A stretch of 64,000 nt of DNA, taken from assembly GCA_965217775.1 (NCBI GenBank), contig CBDCJH010000002.1:2784001-2848000 (forward strand), given 5' to 3'. The notes under the pieces were generated by a model, which had not been told where the DNA came from, ran no database searches, and saw only the letters and a list, made by a program, of their open reading frames with translations. Each line of letters starts with the position of its first letter. The first letter of the stretch is position 1. The DNA is from Acidobacteriota bacterium (GTDB lineage Bacteria > Acidobacteriota > UBA6911 > RPQK01 > JAJDTT01). Shown here piece after piece: positions 60,317-64,000 of the stretch. The position numbers and the translations under genes were made by a program.

Positions 60317-63300
60317 TTATCTTGACCGTGTGCGTTCCCGAAGGGCATCATCCAGAGTCCGTAGAGCGTCTGGAAACACCTCTGGGCGGGAATTCCTCTG
60401 TCCGGCTTTATCCAGGTCTCGCAGGCCTTCTTCGAGTCGACGAACGTGCCGGGGCCACATGTCCCATAATAGGATCGTCCCATGCGATGACCCGGATGCG
60501 AGCATCGAGTCACCCGGTGAGAATGCCACAGAATGTACCGGATCCGTATGTCCTTCGAGGGTGGCAAGATTTTCGCCGGTCCCGACATCCCACAGCTTGA
60601 CCATTCTATCAACAGAACCGGAAGCGAGTAACGTTCCATCGGCTGTGAATGCCAACGAACTGACGGAAAACCTATGACCCTCAAGCGTGAAGATATTGCG
60701 TCCTGTCGAAACCTCCCAGAGCCTGATTGTATTGTCAAAAGATCCCGACGCAAGAGTCGTTCGATCAGGGGAAAACGTTGCGGAAGTAACCCATCCAGTA
60801 TGTCCTTCAAGGGTGAAGATACTTTCGCCCGTCGCAAAATCCCAAAGCCTCACTTTCCCATCCGGTGACCCGGATACAAGCATATTTCCATCAAGGGAAA
60901 ACTCCAATGGACGACCTTGCCCGCCATGTCCCTTGTGGGAAACGACGTTCTCACCAGTTGCGACAATCCATTGCTTGATTGTCCCATCCCCCGACCCGGA
61001 TACAAGCATTTTCCCATCGCGGGAAAAAACGACGGAGTAGACATATTCATTATGGTATAATGTGGCGATATTTTGGCCGGTCGAAATGTTCCACAGCTTC
61101 ACTGTCCGATCCCGCGATCCAGACGCAAGTGTAGTTCCATCAGGCGAAATTGCCGCCGACAAGACCGAATGCTCATGCCGGTCAAAGGTAACGAAGTTTT
61201 CACCGGTCCTGAGATCCCATAGCTTGATCCTCCGGTCCCATAGCCCAGAAGCGAGCATCGTCCCGTCACGGGAGAACTCGACGGAGAATACGGGACCCGT
61301 ATGTCCGTCGATGATGGCGACAACCTGTCCCGTCGCAACGTCCCACAGCCTGACCGTTTCATCAGTTGAGGCAGAAGCCACGATCGTCCCATCATGGGAA
61401 AACGCCACCGATTCGATCCCGATTGCATGCCCTCTGAGAGTGGCGACATCTTCACCGGTCACTATGTCCCACAGCTTGACCGTCTCATCATCCGACCCGG
61501 AAGCGAGGATAGTCCCATCTGGGGAAAATGCCACTGCCTTGACCCCACCAGTATGTCCCTCATAGGTGGCGATATTCTCACCGGTGGCAATCTCCCATAG
61601 CTTAACTGTACCGTCCCAAGACGCTGAAGCGAGACTGGCGCCGTCGGGGGAGAATGCGATAGATGGGATTCCCTTCCGATGCCTATGAGTAGCGATATTC
61701 TCACCGGTCGCAACTTCCCATAGCTTGACCTGACCGTCCCCTCCCGCGGATGCCAGTATCGTGCCATCCGGGGAAAATACGACTGAATCAACAAAAGACG
61801 TATGTCCCTCATAGGTGGCGATGTACTCGCGGGTCGCAACCTCCCACAGCTTGACCGTGTAGTCTCGCGATGTGAACGCCAGCATCATGCCGTCTGGTGA
61901 AAACGCCACAGAATTGACCCATGTCCCTTGCCATTCGAGGTTGGCGACGTCTTGTCCAGTTGCAAGCTCGTGCAGATTGACGCCCCCATTCCTTGACCCG
62001 GAAACCAACCTCGTCCCATCTGGTGAGAACGCCAACGATTGGACCCATTCTTCGGTAGCCAGCAGTTCGAGTGGCCGAGCCATTGGCAGATCGTAAAACC
62101 AGATGCCAAGACTACTTGTCACAGCGAGGCGCTGACCATCAGGCGAAAACGCTATCGCTTTGTCGCTCCTACCGACCCGACCTTTTCCTAGGCGTGCAAT
62201 TGTCCCTTCAGGTAGATTCCATGCCCGATAACCACTATTGACCCTCAGGACAGGTGGTGTGCCTGCGCCAACGGCAACAAAACTGGCAAGCTCGCGCTCG
62301 CCGATCGACACCTCAACTATGTTTTCTCCCGGACTAGGACCGAGCGTAAACGTCATCTCCGCCCGACCGTTGCTATCGGTCATCGCGTTAGCCACAGTGA
62401 ACTTCTCCGCGAGGCGGCCTCCCCCTTTGGTGACCGTAAACGTGACTTGAGTGCCCGGCACAGGCGTATTGCTTACGTTTTTCACTTCGACGACCAACGG
62501 GTGCTCCAATTCTACACCGGGCATGTCCTCCTGGTTGTCGCCCGAAACCTTCACTACCTTATCGGGCCTCAGTATGGTCCAAGTAGACGCATCCCACAGT
62601 TCGGCAGTAGTGTCCTCCGAGCCGGAGGCGAGCATCTTGCCATCGAATGAGAAGGCTACGGACGTAACCGATTCCCCCCGCCCAACAACATCGAAACTAT
62701 TTCCTGTCGAGACATCCCAGAGAATGACCGTCCCATCAGTAGACCCGGACACTAGTGTCGCCCCATTGGGGGAGAATGCCACCGATTCGACCCAACCCCG
62801 ATGTCCTTCCAAGACATGAATCCGACTTCTTGTTGCGACGTCCCAAAGGACGATCGTCTTTTCCAGAGAACCCGACGCAATCGTTGTCCCATCTCGTGAA
62901 AATGCCACAGATCGGACCCAACCCGCGGGCTCGAGCGTGCCGACATTGTGTTGCGTGGCAATATCCCAGAGACGCACAGTCCCATCAGCAGACCCGCTTG
63001 CAAGTATCGCTCCATCCGGTGAAAAAGCGACGGAGTCGACACGGCTGTCATGTCCATCGAGACCGCCATTGGTAAGGCCGGTTTCCAGATCCCATAGGAG
63101 AATCTCTCCAGCAAACGACGCGGAGGCAAGCACTGTTCCATTTGGTGAAAAAGCCACGGAATTGACCCATCCCCAATGCCCTGTCAGAGACCGGACATTG
63201 CGACGCGTCGCGACATCCCAGAGAATAATCGTGTTATCAAGAGATCCAGACGCGAGCATCGTTCCATCCGGTGAAAAAGCCACGGAAGCAACTCCATCCG

Positions 63301-64000
63301 TATGGCCCTCAAGACTTTCGATGGCACTACGTGTCGCAATATCCCATAGGATGATCGTGTTATCACGCGACCCGGTCGCGAGCATCGTTCCATCCGGTGA
63401 AAAAGCTACGGAGCTGATTCCATCCGTGTGTTCTGCAAGGATCGCGATATGATATGGTGATATTTCGGAAAGCGCTAAACGCTCATATTGAACGTTTCCA
63501 TCAGTATCCAAGGCTTCGAACCATAAAAGATGTCTGGCCGGATTGGAAAGACTCGAAACACCAGATGGGGTCCGTCCATCATAGTCAAATTCAACGATGT
63601 TCTTTTCCTCACCGGTTGATATGCGACATGCCTTTACTTCAGGAAATCCGGACGCACGATGCCGCCGCCCGGTTTGAACAAATAAGACTACTTGATGAAG
63701 CCCGTCGGAATCACTGACTTCGAGTTGAACCGGGACGCTTTCTGAACCAGATTGATATTTTCTTCCGGAAATGAATTTGACTGTTGGTGGCGAAGCCGGT
63801 TTCGTTCCAACTTCAGAATCGAAGTAGGGGTGTACAGCTAAATAGTGTGCATTGCACACAGACAAACGATCCCTCATGGAACCGTACGCCATGACGTACG
63901 CTCTATCATTGAAATCGTGCTTCAACCCAAATGCATGTCCAAGTTCATGTGCCATCGTATCCTGTTCGAAACGGGCGGTAACAAACGCGATTCCACCAAC
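60317..64000 (-). CDS. Large metzincin-motif + WD40-repeat + Ig-like protein (5' end outside window)
   Basis: Frame is open to 64000; HELGHAFGLKHD; 7 WD40 repeats, a Big-1-like segment (KVSGDNQ..PLVVEV), then 14 WD40 repeats. Confidence 0.9.
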   Translation of the reverse strand, partial: VGGIAFVTARFEQDTMAHELGHAFGLKHDFNDRAYVMAYGSMRDRLSVCNAHYLAVHPYFDSEVGTKPASPPTVKFISGRKYQSGSESVPVQLEVSDSDGLHQVVLFVQTGRRHRASGFPEVKACRISTGEEKNIVEFDYDGRTPSGVSSLSNPARHLLWFEALDTDGNVQYERLALSEISPYHIAILAEHTDGISSVAFSPDGTMLATGSRDNTIILWDIATRSAIESLEGHTDGVASVAFSPDGTMLASGSLDNTIILWDVATRRNVRSLTGHWGWVNSVAFSPNGTVLASASFAGEILLWDLETGLTNGGLDGHDSRVDSVAFSPDGAILASGSADGTVRLWDIATQHNVGTLEPAGWVRSVAFSRDGTTIASGSLEKTIVLWDVATRSRIHVLEGHRGWVESVAFSPNGATLVSGSTDGTVILWDVSTGNSFDVVGRGESVTSVAFSFDGKMLASGSEDTTAELWDASTWTILRPDKVVKVSGDNQEDMPGVELEHPLVVEVKNVSNTPVPGTQVTFTVTKGGGRLAEKFTVANAMTDSNGRAEMTFTLGPSPGENIVEVSIGERELASFVAVGAGTPPVLRVNSGYRAWNLPEGTIARLGKGRVGRSDKAIAFSPDGQRLAVTSSLGIWFYDLPMARPLELLATEEWVQSLAFSPDGTRLVSGSRNGGVNLHELATGQDVANLEWQGTWVNSVAFSPDGMMLAFTSRDYTVKLWEVATREYIATYEGHTSFVDSVVFSPDGTILASAGGDGQVKLWEVATGENIATHRHRKGIPSIAFSPDGASLASASWDGTVKLWEIATGENIATYEGHTGGVKAVAFSPDGTILASGSDDETVKLWDIVTGEDVATLRGHAIGIESVAFSHDGTIVASASTDETVRLWDVATGQVVAIIDGHTGPVFSVEFSRDGTMLASGLWDRRIKLWDLRTGENFVTFDRHEHSVLSAAISPDGTTLASGSRDRTVKLWNISTGQNIATLYHNEYVYSVVFSRDGKMLVSGSGDGTIKQWIVATGENVVSHKGHGGQGRPLEFSLDGNMLVSGSPDGKVRLWDFATGESIFTLEGHTGWVTSATFSPDRTTLASGSFDNTIRLWEVSTGRNIFTLEGHRFSVSSLAFTADGTLLASGSVDRMVKLWDVGTGENLATLEGHTDPVHSVAFSPGDSMLASGSSHGTILLWDMWPRHVRRLEEGLRDLDKAGQRNSRPEVFPDALRTLDDALRERTRSR

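Noticed and set aside
60450-63450. Periodic ~126-bp DNA repeats as a CRISPR or DGR array
   Set aside because: They are degenerate in-frame WD40 coding repeats; no cas or reverse transcriptase gene is present in the window.

Overview
GC-rich bacterial chromosome segment. About 1-54 kb is a mosaic, IS-riddled anti-phage defence island. It contains a SIR2-HerA pair (HerA runs off the left edge), three NucS/PD-(D/E)xK-like endonuclease genes, several type I R-M remnants, decayed toxin-antitoxin modules, a KAP NTPase, a complete type I BREX operon (brxABC-pglX-pglZ-brxL) and an Abi_C/AbiJ-like gene. It also carries a translationally coupled four-gene operon (unknown protein, PLD nuclease, SF2 helicase, small YbjN/chaperone-like protein), the best candidate for a new or variant defence system. 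Mobile DNA includes IS1380, ISNCY-like, IS1182-like, IS1595 and IS21 copies or remnants, plus an intact RIT (recombinase-in-trio) element inside an IS1380 next to a perfect 34-bp palindrome. About 42 kb of the island lies between two diverged direct copies of a ~3-kb glycoside-hydrolase-like gene pair, and a third copy of that pair's 3' end is also present. The right part (54-60 kb) looks like core genome (leuB, GNAT, NYN-LOTUS, tRNA-Arg(UCG)), followed by a large metzincin/WD40 protein that runs off the right edge. All calls come from motif recognition by eye; no database searches were run.
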